Made by a program: the position numbers and the translations under genes
In this document: positions 1-12,144 of the stretch, in pieces
How the letters are laid out: every line of letters begins with the position of its first letter
Position numbering within the stretch: the first letter of the stretch is position 1
The notes under the pieces: model-generated
Seen by the model: only the letters and a program-made list of their open reading frames with translations
The model's database searches: none
What the model was told of the DNA's origin: nothing
Assembly (NCBI GenBank): GCA_964605155.1
Contig: CAZSAK010000017.1
Span: forward strand, 136-64,135
Direction: 5' to 3'
From: an uncultured Chromatiaceae bacterium
GTDB lineage: Bacteria > Pseudomonadota > Gammaproteobacteria > SZUA-140
DNA length: 64,000 bases

Positions 1-646
1 CATGTTCGACCAGAAATGCCTGGGTTATGGTTGATTCAGGATGCTCCCGCTCATGGGCGGCATCGAGTAAACGTTCGAGATAACGGGCGATTAAATCCAC
101 CTCAATATTGACCGTTGTTCCGCTCGTATATTCTCCGAGGATGGTTGCCGTGCGGGTATGGGGAATGATATTCACTGTAAACTCACTGTCCCGAACATCG
201 TTCACGGTCAAGCTCACGCCATCCACGCAAACGGAACCCTTGGGGGCAATATATCTGGCGAGCCGGACCGGTATTGCGATCCGCATCCGCACTGAACGGC
301 CTTCATCAACGATATCATTGACTACACCCACATCATCGACGTGACCGCTGACGAAATGTCCGCCAATCGGCATGGTCGGCAACAGGGCCTTTTCAAGATT
401 AACGTGATATCCGGGCTCAAGACCTGAAAGCGTGGTACAAGAGAGTGTTTCAGCTGATATATCGACATGGATACCGTGTTCGTCTGAGTCTGCAATGGTA
501 AGACACACGCCGTTCACGGCGATACTGTCACCATTTATCAAATCTGCACAATCGAGCCCGCCACAGGAAATCAGCATGCGCACATCCTGCTGCTGGGTTT
601 CGATGGTCTCTATTGTTCCAAGCGCCTGTACAATACCGGTGAACAT
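1..646 (-). CDS. ribE: Riboflavin synthase alpha chain (3' end runs off the window)
   Basis: Not in the ORF track; manual translation from ATG at 646 gives MFTGIV...GDSIAVNGVCLT...VNLEKAL...GGHFVSGHVD...KGSVCVDGVSLTVN, open to base 1; directly follows ribD. Confidence 0.95.
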   Translation of the reverse strand, partial: MFTGIVQALGTIETIETQQQDVRMLISCGGLDCADLINGDSIAVNGVCLTIADSDEHGIHVDISAETLSCTTLSGLEPGYHVNLEKALLPTMPIGGHFVSGHVDDVGVVNDIVDEGRSVRMRIAIPVRLARYIAPKGSVCVDGVSLTVNDVRDSEFTVNIIPHTRTATILGEYTSGTTVNIEVDLIARYLERLLDAAHEREHPESTITQAFLVEH

Positions 647-648
647 GA

Positions 649-1785
649 TCAAATACCCAGTTTGTATATCCGTGCGATAATACGCCAGTCACGACCGACA
701 GGACGTATATCCGATATATCAAGGTCAATGATATCCTTCATGGAATCCAGACCAGGCAGATGAAAAAGCCCGCGTCCCGTATCACCAAGCAATCGCGGCG
801 CCACATAGAATATAAACTCATCGATCAGACCTGCCTGCAGCATTGCGCCGTTTAATGTCGGTCCCGCCTCGAGCAAAACCTCGTTGATCTGCAACCCGGA
901 GACATATTTCATCACAGAAGTCAGCTCGACCCTGCCGGTACTTCCCGGGAAATCGCTGATCATCGCACCCTTTTGTAGCAGTTGCCGCCTTGCATCGTCC
1001 GGCCCGTTTCCCGCACTGGCAATAAGGATCCGGCCCGGTGTACTGAAGACAGACGCTGTCGATGGCGTCTTTAGCCCACTGTCAATAATGATACGCCATG
1101 GTGGTTCGATAGTATTGACAGCGGCCTCCCGGTCAGTATCGATCAAATCGTTCGCACGTACATCCAGACGCGGATCATCCGCCAGTAGCGTCCCGCTGCC
1201 TGTCATGATAGCTGAACTCCGGGCGCGGAATCGCTGGACGTCCCGGCGCGCTTCGGCAGACGTGATCCATTTACTTTCTCCGGTCGCAGTCGCGGAACGT
1301 CCATCCAGCGTCGTTGCGATCTTGCACCTTACATACGGGCGACCGGCGATTGCGCGCATGATATGGCCCGGATTCAAACCCCCGGCTTGTGACTCGCACA
1401 TGCCGGTTTCAACCGTAATGCCAGCGGCACGCAGTCGTTCGATACCCTGACCGGCAACGGCAGGATTCGGATCCGGCATTGCCGCGACAACCCGTCGTAC
1501 GCCCGCATTTATCAGCGCCTCGGTACACGGTGGAGTGCGTCCGTGATGGCAACAGGGTTCCAGCGTAACATATACAGTTGCACCGCGCGCCCTGTCGCCG
1601 GCACGGTCAAGGGCGTCGACTTCGGCGTGAGGCCCGCCCGCCCGTTGATGCCAGCCCTCACCGACGACCTCATTGTCCCTGACGATGACACAACCAACAC
1701 ACGGATTTGGACGTGTGGTGTAGGAACCACGCGCTGCCAGCTGCAGTGCACGCACCATGTATTGGTGATCGGAGATGGCATTCAT
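649..1785 (-). CDS. ribD: Bifunctional riboflavin biosynthesis deaminase/reductase
   Basis: PNPCVGCVIV, HAE, TLEPCCHHGRTPPC zinc motifs; GESKWIT reductase motif. Confidence 0.97.
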   Translation of the reverse strand: MNAISDHQYMVRALQLAARGSYTTRPNPCVGCVIVRDNEVVGEGWHQRAGGPHAEVDALDRAGDRARGATVYVTLEPCCHHGRTPPCTEALINAGVRRVVAAMPDPNPAVAGQGIERLRAAGITVETGMCESQAGGLNPGHIMRAIAGRPYVRCKIATTLDGRSATATGESKWITSAEARRDVQRFRARSSAIMTGSGTLLADDPRLDVRANDLIDTDREAAVNTIEPPWRIIIDSGLKTPSTASVFSTPGRILIASAGNGPDDARRQLLQKGAMISDFPGSTGRVELTSVMKYVSGLQINEVLLEAGPTLNGAMLQAGLIDEFIFYVAPRLLGDTGRGLFHLPGLDSMKDIIDLDISDIRPVGRDWRIIARIYKLGI

Positions 1786-1816
1786 ACAAGTGACCCGCCT
1801 GCCCTGGTATCGCGGC

Positions 1817-2335
1817 TCAACCGTTGTCTGTCCTGCCCTTCAACGGCAGTAATGACATCTGTCTCTTCTTGAGTTCGGGCGAGGCCTCATTTTGCAGGCG
1901 CTCGATCTCCTCGCGGAAGGCGTTCACATCCTGAAAACTCTGATAAATGGACGCAAACCGTACATAGGCGACCTCGTCGAGTTCACGCAGCTCCGCCATT
2001 ACCCACTCGCCCAGTTCACGTGACTTGATCTCGCGTTCTCCGCTGGCGCGCAACCGTGTCTTGATCCGGCTGATTGCGGCTTCGATATCCTCAACTGACA
2101 CGGGTCTTTTTTCCAGGGCACGTGAGATGCCGCCGCGCAGTTTATCCTCGTTGAATGGTTCACGCGTGCCGTTATTCTTGACTATACGGGGAAACACCAG
2201 TTCCGCCGTCTCGAAGGTAGTGAAACGCTCCCCGCACGACTGACATTCACGGCGTCGTCTCACCGCGTCGCCTTCGTTCGCGAGCCGCGAATCAATAACC
2301 TTGGTATCACCGGCATTACAGAACGGGCAACGCAT
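1817..2335 (-). CDS. nrdR: Transcriptional repressor NrdR
   Basis: MRCPFC...[15 protein letters not shown] zinc ribbon, ATP cone, [10 protein letters not shown]; ATG at 2335 preferred. Confidence 0.97.
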   Translation of the reverse strand: MRCPFCNAGDTKVIDSRLANEGDAVRRRRECQSCGERFTTFETAELVFPRIVKNNGTREPFNEDKLRGGISRALEKRPVSVEDIEAAISRIKTRLRASGEREIKSRELGEWVMAELRELDEVAYVRFASIYQSFQDVNAFREEIERLQNEASPELKKRQMSLLPLKGRTDNG

Positions 2336-2379
2336 ATTCAATCATACAGCACAATTAACAACGACTCTTCCATCGCCAC

Positions 2380-3648
2380 CTAGCCAGTGGATTGATATAC
2401 CGGAAACTGCTGGCATATATCCAGGACGTTACTTCGAACCTTGTCGATGGTGTCCTGATTACCGATATCATCCAGCACATCACAAATCCAGGCCGTGAGT
2501 GAACGAATCTGGTCTTGCTTGAATCCACGCGTCGTTACGGCCGGCGTGCCTATGCGGATCCCGCTCGTGACGAACGGTGATTTGGGATCATTCGGCACAC
2601 TGTTCTTGTTGACGGTTATATTGGCGGCACCCAGCGCCGCGTCGGCGTCCTTGCCCGTCATGTCCTTGCTGATCAGGTCGACCAGAAACAGGTGATTATC
2701 CGTGCCTCCCGAAACGATTTTATAGCCCCGCTCCTCCATCACCGCGGCCATCAGGCGCGCATTCGTAAGCACCTGTTGTTGATACACCTTGAAATCCGCC
2801 TGCAGGGCCTCCTTGAAGGCGACTGCCTTGGCGGCAATCACATGCATCAGCGGACCACCCTGCGAACCCGGGAAGACCATCGAATTCAGTTTCTTTTCGA
2901 TCTCGGCATTGGCACGCGCGAGAATAAAACCGCCCCTTGGCCCGCGCAGCGTTTTATGGGTGGTCGAAGTCGTGACATCCGCTATCCCTACAGGACTTGG
3001 ATAGATACCCGCTGCGATCAGACCTGCGACATGGGCCATATCGACCATCAGGTAGGCACCGACCTTGTCGGATATATCCCGAAAGCGTTGCCAGTCAACG
3101 ACCCGTGAGTAGGCACTGAAACCGGCGACGATCATCCTTGGCTTGTGTTGCAATGCCAGCTCCTCGACCTGATCGTAATCGATCTCACCGGTGTCACCAT
3201 GCAGACCGTATTGAACGGCGTGATACAGCTGACCGGAGAAATTCACCTTTGAACCGTGTGTCAGGTGCCCACCGTGGGCAAGGCTCATACCCAGGATGGT
3301 GTCGCCGGGTTTCAACAATGCCATGTACACGGCGGCATTCGCCTGCGAACCGGAGTGAGGCTGGACATTTGCGTAATCGGCCCCGAACAGTTGCTTGACG
3401 CGGTCAATGGCAAGTGTCTCGACCTGATCGACAAATTCGCAACCACCATAGTAACGTTTGCCGGGATAACCCTCGGCATACTTATTGGTCAATATTGAGC
3501 CCTGCGCCTGCATGACGCGCGGGCTCGCATAGTTCTCGGAAGCAATCAGTTCAATATGTTCCTCTTGCCGCCTTGCCTCGTCCTCGATTGCTTTCCATAT
3601 TGCATCATCAAAGCCGGCAATCGTCATATCCGCTCCAAACATATTCAC
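2380..3648 (-). CDS. glyA: Serine hydroxymethyltransferase
   Basis: [33 protein letters not shown]; start may be ATG at 3642. Confidence 0.98.
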   Translation of the reverse strand: MNMFGADMTIAGFDDAIWKAIEDEARRQEEHIELIASENYASPRVMQAQGSILTNKYAEGYPGKRYYGGCEFVDQVETLAIDRVKQLFGADYANVQPHSGSQANAAVYMALLKPGDTILGMSLAHGGHLTHGSKVNFSGQLYHAVQYGLHGDTGEIDYDQVEELALQHKPRMIVAGFSAYSRVVDWQRFRDISDKVGAYLMVDMAHVAGLIAAGIYPSPVGIADVTTSTTHKTLRGPRGGFILARANAEIEKKLNSMVFPGSQGGPLMHVIAAKAVAFKEALQADFKVYQQQVLTNARLMAAVMEERGYKIVSGGTDNHLFLVDLISKDMTGKDADAALGAANITVNKNSVPNDPKSPFVTSGIRIGTPAVTTRGFKQDQIRSLTAWICDVLDDIGNQDTIDKVRSNVLDICQQFPVYQSTG

Positions 3649-3875
3649 CTCTCTATTCGTAAGCCTTTAATATTCCGGAAAAAACTGAAATGATACCCGA
3701 TTACGTGGAACGACGCATCTGGTTGTTAATCAAGCAGTCACCAGCAACGCGATGATGCACCTTTCAGCAACCATCTTCGACGTTCGGTCCCGTCGATGCA
3801 TCCATGTCATCACGTGGTGTGGTCTTTGATCATGAGTATATGCACCTTTCCACCGGGATGTCGGCATCCTTTACA

Positions 3876-3963
3876 TATCATCAGCTTACAATCACCTTCA
3901 AGGCGCGCAAATCTTATAATATTTTGTTTTTATTAAACAAAACCCCAATGGCATGCTTTATGC
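3876..3963 (+). promoter_or_regulatory. Sigma54 (-24/-12) promoter with upstream IHF-like site for the GGDEF gene
   Basis: TGGCATGCTTTATGC at 3949-3963 (GG-N10-GC); TATCATCAGCTTA at 3876-3888 is one mismatch from WATCAANNNNTTR. Confidence 0.65.
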
Positions 3964-4130
3964 TGATTACCTGTCTATAGGTAAACACATCGATATGTGT
4001 ATGACGTATACTTGACGTAAATAACAGGGTTCACACATGCTGTTTATCCCGGCGAATTCGTAGTAAGAGACAACAGAATAATAACCTCACGGCTCGCCCA
4101 TCGGGCTAATCTATCAGGGGAACAATCAAG

Positions 4131-5489
4131 TTGGTACAAGCAGAACGACAAATCAAGGATGCCATCTTCAGTTCCAAGGTCTTGTCTCTGCTGGATGCCT
4201 TGCAACAAACACGACAAGGCGCCGCCGTCTATGAACACGTTAAAAGCGTCCTTGAGTATTACGAGACCGATACCTGCAGGATACACGAAGGCTACGCCTG
4301 TCTGTTGCGTGAACTGCTCGATGCCTATGTCAACCTGTTGCCCGATGACTCACCGTTGCGCGTGCATCTGGTTATGGTGCAGAAAAGGCTGATGCCGCCT
4401 CTGTCCATATCGGAATTATCAGGACTGCGCGAGTACATAAATACAGTGGCGGAATCAATCACCCAGGGTAACGAGGCCGGGAGCAGGTCGATGGAAAAGG
4501 CCTTGATACCTCTACTCCGCTCATTCGGCATCAAGAATTCACCATCCTTTCCGGCACAACAGAAACCACCCGCCGGCACCACAGAGAAATCCGCCGAGAC
4601 CGAGGAGGAGGTTACCGGAACCCCTCAGGATACCAACAGACGCGTGGATATTACATACCGGCAACATCTCGACGAAAAACGTCAACGAATCCAGGAGATC
4701 CAGGAGATCCTGGCACATCACGTCGCGGAAGTGGTCAAGCAGAATGAAGAATTCGGTGTTTTACTCGAGATCGAACACGAAGCCTTGCATAAGACGGAAG
4801 ACATACAGGAGGTTAAAACACTCAGGGATGCTCTGATCAATGAGGTTGATAAACTACTCAAAGGACATTCGACACTTGCCAACAAGCTCGACAGTGCCAA
4901 CAAATATCTGCAGATCATCGAGACGGAAGGCCAGCATCTGAATGACGAACTGACCCGCGTGCACATACTCAGTCTGACGGATGAACTGACCGAACTGCCT
5001 AACCGCCGCGCCTTCCTGCGCCGGCTTGAAGACGAGGTTGCACGCGTGCAACGTTACGGTTATCCACTGTCACTTGGATTGATCGATCTGGACGGCTTCA
5101 AGTCCATCAACGATCAGTTCGGACATGCCGCCGGAGATGAGGTATTGAATAACTATGCTGCCAACATCCTCTCGATATTCCGTCATCACGACATGGTAGC
5201 GCGTTACGGAGGAGAGGAATTTGCGGTGTTACTGCCCAATACCAATATGGAGGGTGCCTTGCAGGCGTTAAAGAAGGTACAGAAACGCGCAGCGGAAACA
5301 ACCTATACATACGAAGGGATCTCCCGCCCCATGCCGACGTTTTCTGCCGGCCTTTCTCTCTACAAACCGGGCGAGACTCCCAGTAACCTGATCGAACGAG
5401 CTGACAAGGCACTCTATCAGGCCAAAAACCGCGGCCGCAACCGCATTGAGATCAATAACAGCGAAGGCGCGGATAACTTAAACGATTAG
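4131..5489 (+). CDS. Diguanylate cyclase with soluble helical/coiled-coil N-terminus
   Basis: DELTELPNRR, DLDGFKSINDQFGHAAGD, RHHD I-site, GGEEF active site; no TM segment; start uncertain (TTG). Confidence 0.92.
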   Translation: MVQAERQIKDAIFSSKVLSLLDALQQTRQGAAVYEHVKSVLEYYETDTCRIHEGYACLLRELLDAYVNLLPDDSPLRVHLVMVQKRLMPPLSISELSGLREYINTVAESITQGNEAGSRSMEKALIPLLRSFGIKNSPSFPAQQKPPAGTTEKSAETEEEVTGTPQDTNRRVDITYRQHLDEKRQRIQEIQEILAHHVAEVVKQNEEFGVLLEIEHEALHKTEDIQEVKTLRDALINEVDKLLKGHSTLANKLDSANKYLQIIETEGQHLNDELTRVHILSLTDELTELPNRRAFLRRLEDEVARVQRYGYPLSLGLIDLDGFKSINDQFGHAAGDEVLNNYAANILSIFRHHDMVARYGGEEFAVLLPNTNMEGALQALKKVQKRAAETTYTYEGISRPMPTFSAGLSLYKPGETPSNLIERADKALYQAKNRGRNRIEINNSEGADNLND

Positions 5490-5509
5490 GTCGCCTTCCT
5501 GTTGCGGTT

Positions 5510-6478
5510 CTATAATGCGTCAGATCTGAACGAATCAATGTAAGCCTGCAGGACCGCGCACCATGCCTCGGCCAGATTCGACCTGTTGTATCCTCCCCCG
5601 CCCAAAGCCAACACACGTCCATGACCGATACTGTCGGCGATACGACACAGGCCCAATGCTGTTGTGTAGTGTACATTTGTTGAAAATTGCATATGGGTGA
5701 TAGGATCTCCGCTGATGGAATCCGCCCCGCATTGAAGTATGATGAAATCCGGCCGGGCGTCATCGATGAATGTCTGGATTTTGTGCCAGTAACGAAAAAA
5801 TGCCTCGTCATCAGCCGCGGGCGGCAGGGGAAGATTCAGTTTGGTTCCCCTGGCGGCGTCGATTCCGGTTTCATCGGCACTGCCGGTTCCCGGGTAGAGA
5901 TAATGGCCATCTTCATGGACATCGACGATCGTCAGGTCGGTATCACGTTCATACGCATAAAAGACACCGTCTCCATGATGTGCGTCTATATCCACATAGG
6001 CTATACGCTGCAGTGAATATTGATTGCGTAGAGATTCAATGACCACCCCGCAATCATTGAAGACACAGAATCCTGATGCCATATCACGACGTGCATGATG
6101 CAGTCCTCCGATCGGTACCAGGGCCCTTGAGCACTTGCCTTCCATAATACGTGCCATGGCATCGACACTGGAACCGACCACATACGCAGCCGCGGTATAG
6201 ATGCCCTGCACAGCGGGCGTATCACCGTAATCCAGAAATCCTTCACCGGTTTCCGACAGCGCCTTGACCCGCTCGACATAATCATGGGTATGAAACTGTT
6301 CAATGATCTCCTGAGATGCCAGCTGCGGTTTGCACACTCGCACCTTGTGTTCCAGATCCCGCCGCCTTGCTTCATTCCAGAAGGCATCCAGCCTGTCCGG
6401 ACCAAATGGGTGACCGTTTCCAAAACCGTAGCGGGCCAGGTCTTCACCGACATATACGCAGACAGCGGGATCAGGCAC
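5510..6478 (-). CDS. Histone deacetylase family (AcuC-like) Zn-dependent deacetylase
   Basis: GGLHHA, SGFCVFND, DIDAHHGDG, GADSISGDP, GGGGY motifs. Confidence 0.92.
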   Translation of the reverse strand: MPDPAVCVYVGEDLARYGFGNGHPFGPDRLDAFWNEARRRDLEHKVRVCKPQLASQEIIEQFHTHDYVERVKALSETGEGFLDYGDTPAVQGIYTAAAYVVGSSVDAMARIMEGKCSRALVPIGGLHHARRDMASGFCVFNDCGVVIESLRNQYSLQRIAYVDIDAHHGDGVFYAYERDTDLTIVDVHEDGHYLYPGTGSADETGIDAARGTKLNLPLPPAADDEAFFRYWHKIQTFIDDARPDFIILQCGADSISGDPITHMQFSTNVHYTTALGLCRIADSIGHGRVLALGGGGYNRSNLAEAWCAVLQAYIDSFRSDAL

Positions 6479-6493
6479 ACCGACACCTCAGAC

Positions 6494-6516
6494 AAAAAAG
6501 CCCGCGCAAGCGGGCC
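6494..6516 (-). terminator. Intrinsic terminator after secF
   Basis: Minus strand GCCCGC-TTGC-GCGGGC followed by TTTTTT. Confidence 0.8.
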
Positions 6517-6541
6517 TGCCGATGTGCCGGTAAAAGTACAA

Positions 6542-7477
6542 TCACGGCCTGTCCGTCTCCAGGCCCTCTTTCTTAACCGGCATCAAGTCGGCTTTACTGA
6601 CACCGAGTGCTAGCACGAACGTGCTGGCCACGTAGATCGATGAATAGGTACCGATGACGATACCGACGATCAACGCGGTGGCAAAACCGTGAATGATCTC
6701 ACCGCCAAAGAAGAATAACGCGATCAGCACCAGCAATGTCGTAAATGACGTCATGATAGTGCGCGATAAGGTCTGGTTTATCGAGGTGTTCAATATCTCT
6801 GCGGGTGAACCCTTGCGCATCTTGCGAAAGTTTTCCCGGATGCGGTCAAATACAACGATGGTATCGTTGAGTGAATAACCGATCACCGCCAGGATCGCCG
6901 CCAGTACCGACAGATCGAACTCAATCTGCAGGATGGAGAAAAAGCCTATGGTAATGATAACGTCATGGATCAGGGCAATCACTGCACCAAAGGCGAAACG
7001 TTTCTCGAAACGCAGTGCAACATAGATCAGGATGCCGATCAGTGCATATAACATTGCAAGCCCGCCATCCTCGGTCAACTCATCACCGATCTGCGGGCCG
7101 ACAAATTCAACGCGACGCAGTTCGACCTGATCGGGGTAGGCCTTTTGTAATACACCGAAGACCTGTGTGCTGATCTCGGCACTGCTCAGTTCTTTACGGG
7201 GCGCGAGGCGGATAAGGACATCACGTGAGGTTCCGAAATGCTGCACAAGAACGTCCTCGTAACCGGCCTCAACCAGATTGTCACGCACACTGCTGGGATC
7301 GATTGACTGGCTGAATTCGAGTTCGATCAGGGTACCGCCGGTGAAATCAATCCCGAGGTTGAGTCCGCGCATGGCTATCGAGGCGATCGCTACAATGATC
7401 AACGTAATTGAAAAGGCAAGCGCCACCTTGCGCTTGCCGATGAAATCAATAGTGGTGTTTCCCGAGAAGATCTGCAT
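6542..7477 (-). CDS. secF: Protein translocase subunit SecF
   Basis: LGIDFTGG, GYSLNDTIVVFDRIREN, GTYSSIYVA. Confidence 0.97.
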   Translation of the reverse strand: MQIFSGNTTIDFIGKRKVALAFSITLIIVAIASIAMRGLNLGIDFTGGTLIELEFSQSIDPSSVRDNLVEAGYEDVLVQHFGTSRDVLIRLAPRKELSSAEISTQVFGVLQKAYPDQVELRRVEFVGPQIGDELTEDGGLAMLYALIGILIYVALRFEKRFAFGAVIALIHDVIITIGFFSILQIEFDLSVLAAILAVIGYSLNDTIVVFDRIRENFRKMRKGSPAEILNTSINQTLSRTIMTSFTTLLVLIALFFFGGEIIHGFATALIVGIVIGTYSSIYVASTFVLALGVSKADLMPVKKEGLETDRP

Positions 7478-7481
7478 TTGC

Positions 7482-9341
7482 CTATATCGCCAGTTTTTTC
7501 ACTTTACGGCCGCCGTAAACCAGGTTGATCACGGCGCGTGAGCCCATGATGGCGGTAAACATCGATGTCAGGATACCGATAGACAATGTCACAGCAAAGC
7601 CCTTGATCGGACCGGTGCCAAACCCGTACAGCACGACTGCGGCGATCAGGGTGGTAATATTGGCGTCGGCGATCGTAGACAATGCCTTCTCGTAACCTGC
7701 GTTGATACTCGCCTGTGGACTGTTGCCGTTACGCACCTCTTCACGGATACGCTCGAAGATCAGCACATTGGCGTCTACAGCCATGCCTATCGTCAGGACG
7801 ATACCTGCGATACCTGGCAGGGTCAGGGTGGCCTGCAACATGGACAATACCGCCACGATCAATACCAGATTAAGGGCCAGGGCAAGGTTGGCGACTAGGC
7901 CGAAAGCACGATACCACACGGCCATAAATACCAGCACCAGTATAAATCCGATGACAACCGACATAAATCCCCGGTCGATATTATCCTGGCCGAGGCTCGG
8001 GCCAACCGTGCGTTCCTCGACAATTTCGATCGGAGCGGCCAGTGCACCGGCCCGCAACAACAACGCAAGGTCACGTGCCTCCTCGGTACTGTCAAGTCCG
8101 GTAATCTGAAAGTGCTTGCTGAATTGATCTCGAATGGTTGCGATATTGATCACTTCCTCGACCTTCTTGGTCGTCTTGACTTGCTTGCCGTCGACCATAC
8201 GTGTCTGGGCTTTGTTTTCGATGAAGACCACCGCCATGTTTTTGCCGACATTCTCGCTGGTGGTCTCACCCATTTGTCTTGCGCCCTTGCCATCAAGCGT
8301 AATCGACACATTGGGACTGCCCGTTTGCTGATCGATTCCCGACGCCGCATTGATGATCTGGTCACCGGTTACAATGATCTCCTTCTGCAACAATACGGGA
8401 TTACCGGCCCTGTCCCTGTACAGGTTTGAACCGAAAGGCACCTGGCCAGCCGCCGCCTGGCTCGCATCATGGGTTTCATCCTGAAGATGAAATTCCAGTG
8501 TAGCCGTTGCACCGAGGATCTCCTTGGCACGCGCCGGATCCTGTACACCCGGCAGTTGCACCACGATCCTGTTCTGGCCCTGTTGTTGTATAACAGGCTC
8601 GGCCACGCCCAGCTCATTCACACGGTTGCGCAGTGTCTTGATATTCGTTTGCAGCGCCAGTTTTTTGATCGATCCGATCTCCTGTTCGCTGATCGATGCC
8701 TGAATGTAGTATTCATTATCCTGATCAATATCCTGCAACGTGAGTTGCGGATACTCCTTGTTTAAAAACTCGTGACCCTGTTGACGTTCATTACTGTCAC
8801 GGAACTTGATTGAAACACCACCGTTGTCACCCCGACCGATTGCGAGGTAACGGATCTTCTCGCCGCGCAGACCTGCGCGTATATCGCTGACGTAGCGTTC
8901 TTCGGCCTGCCGGACGGCGGCATCCATATCGACGCTCATCAGAAAGTGAACACCACCACGCAGATCCAGCCCGAGATACATGGGTAATGCATTAATGCTC
9001 GTCAGCCAGTCGGGTGTTGCCGAGACAAGATTCAGGGCCACCACATAGTTGCTACCAAGCGCAGCGGACACGGCGTCACGGGCCTTTAGCTGATCTTCAG
9101 TATCCGAAAATCGGACCATGATTCCACGTTCAGTCCTTTCAATCGCCTGGTAGCTGATATCCACGGATTTTATCTGCTCTATGACCCGTTGCTGCGTAGC
9201 ATCGTCGATCAGTGCCGATCGCACGGGCGCAATCTGGATCACCGGCACCTCGCCGTATAAATTCGGCAACGCATACAACACGCCAATGATTATGACAACG
9301 ACGATAAGCAGATATTTCCACAACGGATACTGGTTTATCAT
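7482..9341 (-). CDS. secD: Protein translocase subunit SecD
   Basis: LGLDLRGG, RVNELGVAEP, GMAVDANVLIFERIREE. Confidence 0.97.
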   Translation of the reverse strand: MINQYPLWKYLLIVVVIIIGVLYALPNLYGEVPVIQIAPVRSALIDDATQQRVIEQIKSVDISYQAIERTERGIMVRFSDTEDQLKARDAVSAALGSNYVVALNLVSATPDWLTSINALPMYLGLDLRGGVHFLMSVDMDAAVRQAEERYVSDIRAGLRGEKIRYLAIGRGDNGGVSIKFRDSNERQQGHEFLNKEYPQLTLQDIDQDNEYYIQASISEQEIGSIKKLALQTNIKTLRNRVNELGVAEPVIQQQGQNRIVVQLPGVQDPARAKEILGATATLEFHLQDETHDASQAAAGQVPFGSNLYRDRAGNPVLLQKEIIVTGDQIINAASGIDQQTGSPNVSITLDGKGARQMGETTSENVGKNMAVVFIENKAQTRMVDGKQVKTTKKVEEVINIATIRDQFSKHFQITGLDSTEEARDLALLLRAGALAAPIEIVEERTVGPSLGQDNIDRGFMSVVIGFILVLVFMAVWYRAFGLVANLALALNLVLIVAVLSMLQATLTLPGIAGIVLTIGMAVDANVLIFERIREEVRNGNSPQASINAGYEKALSTIADANITTLIAAVVLYGFGTGPIKGFAVTLSIGILTSMFTAIMGSRAVINLVYGGRKVKKLAI

Positions 9342-9377
9342 GGCCTTGAACTTGCCTGCTTTGAATAGACCACGATA

Positions 9378-9710
9378 TCAGTCGGACTTCATGGTTCCCT
9401 TGGGCATCAGGGAACTGACTGCATTTTTCTGCACTTTCACCTCGATGCCTTTTGCCACCTCGATCACCATAAAGCTGTCACCGAGCTGGGTGACCTTGCC
9501 GAGCAGGCCGCCATTGGTCACAACCTCATCACCCTTGGCCAGCGACTCGACCATCTTTTTGTGTTCCTTGGCGCGCTTGATCTGTGGGCGAAGCAATAAA
9601 AAATAGAAAATAACGAAAATCAGTATCAACGGTATCAGGCTCATTAATCCCGATTGAGCACCCGCTGCGGGAGCATTCTGGGCCCACGCTTCTTTGACAA
9701 AAAGACTCAT
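9378..9710 (-). CDS. yajC: Preprotein translocase subunit YajC
   Basis: FYFLLLRPQ..R.KEHK, KGDEVVTNGG; between tgt and secD. Confidence 0.96.
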   Translation of the reverse strand: MSLFVKEAWAQNAPAAGAQSGLMSLIPLILIFVIFYFLLLRPQIKRAKEHKKMVESLAKGDEVVTNGGLLGKVTQLGDSFMVIEVAKGIEVKVQKNAVSSLMPKGTMKSD

Positions 9711-9777
9711 GCTTTATCCTCTTGGTAGTGTCATCCTGTAAATTGCCAGCGCGATATTACCATATATAACAAATATT

Positions 9778-10890
<1,113 letters not shown>

Positions 10891-10958
10891 TTACACGGAT
10901 CATGAAGTATCCAGCTTCATTCAGTTATTTATTTATTCAAATCGCTACCGGCACTGTT

Positions 10959-11993
10959 TCACCTGCGAGTCCCGCGGGTGATAAACATGGCGTCTCCATA
11001 ACTGTAGAAACGGTATCGCCGTTTGATGGCATGTCCGTATGCGGCAAGGACATTGTCCTTACCGGCGAAAGCGCAGATCAGCATAAGCAGTGTCGATTCT
11101 GGCATGTGAAAATTCGTAATTATCGCATCCACAGTGCGAAATTCATAACCCGGATATATGAAGATGTCGGTTTCGCCCTTGTACGGTGAAATCCCGTCCT
11201 CCCTGCTCACGGCTTCCAGGCTGCGCACTACCGTTGTCCCCACAGCAATCACCCTGCCACCGTTCCTGCGTGTCTCACGTACCTGCTCACATACGGGCGC
11301 AGTCACCTCGAAATATTCACGATGCATGCGATGTTCACGGATGTCATTAACGCGAACCGGCTGGAATGTTCCTGCCCCGATATGCAAGGTTACATAGGCA
11401 GCGTTAACACCAACGGAATCCAGACGGGCCATCAAGGCCCGATCAAAGTGCAGACCCGCGGTAGGTGCGGCGACCGCCCCGTCAAACCTGGCATAGACGG
11501 TTTGATAGCGTTCGATGTCAACGTAACTGTCGCCCCGCCCGAGATAGGGGGGTAGCGGTACATGCCCGATTTCCTCAAGGAGACTCAAAACGGGCCTTGT
11601 GTCATCAATATGCAGGCGATAAAACCCGGCCTCACGCCCTTCGATCCGCACGCGCACCCCGTTCTCGAGTTCAACGTGACAGTTTATCCGCAGCGGTTTG
11701 CTTGCACCAATTTGCGCCACGACATGATTGTTATCCAATATCCGTTCGATAAGCACTTCGACCTTGCCACCGGTTGGCTTGGTGGCGAAAAGTCGCGCCG
11801 GTATCACCCGTGTATTATTGAATATCAGCAGGTCGCCGGGCCTTAAAAGTGTGCATAGCTCATCAAATTTCCTGTCCATGACCTTTCCGTCGGAACCATC
11901 AAGGCACAATAACCGGCTGCTGCCGCGCTCAGGGAGAGGCTCCTGGGCGATAAGCCCTGCGGGCAGGTCATAATAAAAATCTGAACGCTGCAT
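10959..11993 (-). CDS. queA: S-adenosylmethionine:tRNA ribosyltransferase-isomerase
   Basis: LPAGLIAQEP, AAPTAGLHF, TNFHMPESTL, YRFYSYGDAM. Confidence 0.97.
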   Translation of the reverse strand: MQRSDFYYDLPAGLIAQEPLPERGSSRLLCLDGSDGKVMDRKFDELCTLLRPGDLLIFNNTRVIPARLFATKPTGGKVEVLIERILDNNHVVAQIGASKPLRINCHVELENGVRVRIEGREAGFYRLHIDDTRPVLSLLEEIGHVPLPPYLGRGDSYVDIERYQTVYARFDGAVAAPTAGLHFDRALMARLDSVGVNAAYVTLHIGAGTFQPVRVNDIREHRMHREYFEVTAPVCEQVRETRRNGGRVIAVGTTVVRSLEAVSREDGISPYKGETDIFIYPGYEFRTVDAIITNFHMPESTLLMLICAFAGKDNVLAAYGHAIKRRYRFYSYGDAMFITRGTRR

Positions 11994-12057
11994 CCTGATT
12001 CCCTGTTAATACCAGCTTGTCACTTGAGTCATGTGGCTTGTATACTTGAGCGTTATT

Positions 12058-12144
12058 GCCGGGGTGGCGGAACTGGTAGACGCGCCGGACTCAAAATCCG
12101 GTGGTTTTGCGACCGTGAGAGTTCGAGTCTCTCTCCCGGCACCA
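12058..12144 (+). tRNA. tRNA-Leu (CAA)
   Basis: GCCGGGG/CCCGGC acceptor stem, D loop AACTGGTAGAC, anticodon arm CCGGA-CTCAAAA-TCCGG, long variable arm, GTTCGAGT, encoded CCA; 87 nt. Confidence 0.97.

Noticed and set aside
3649-3900. Glycine or ZTP riboswitch upstream of glyA
   Set aside because: Conserved aptamer words could not be found on the minus strand by eye
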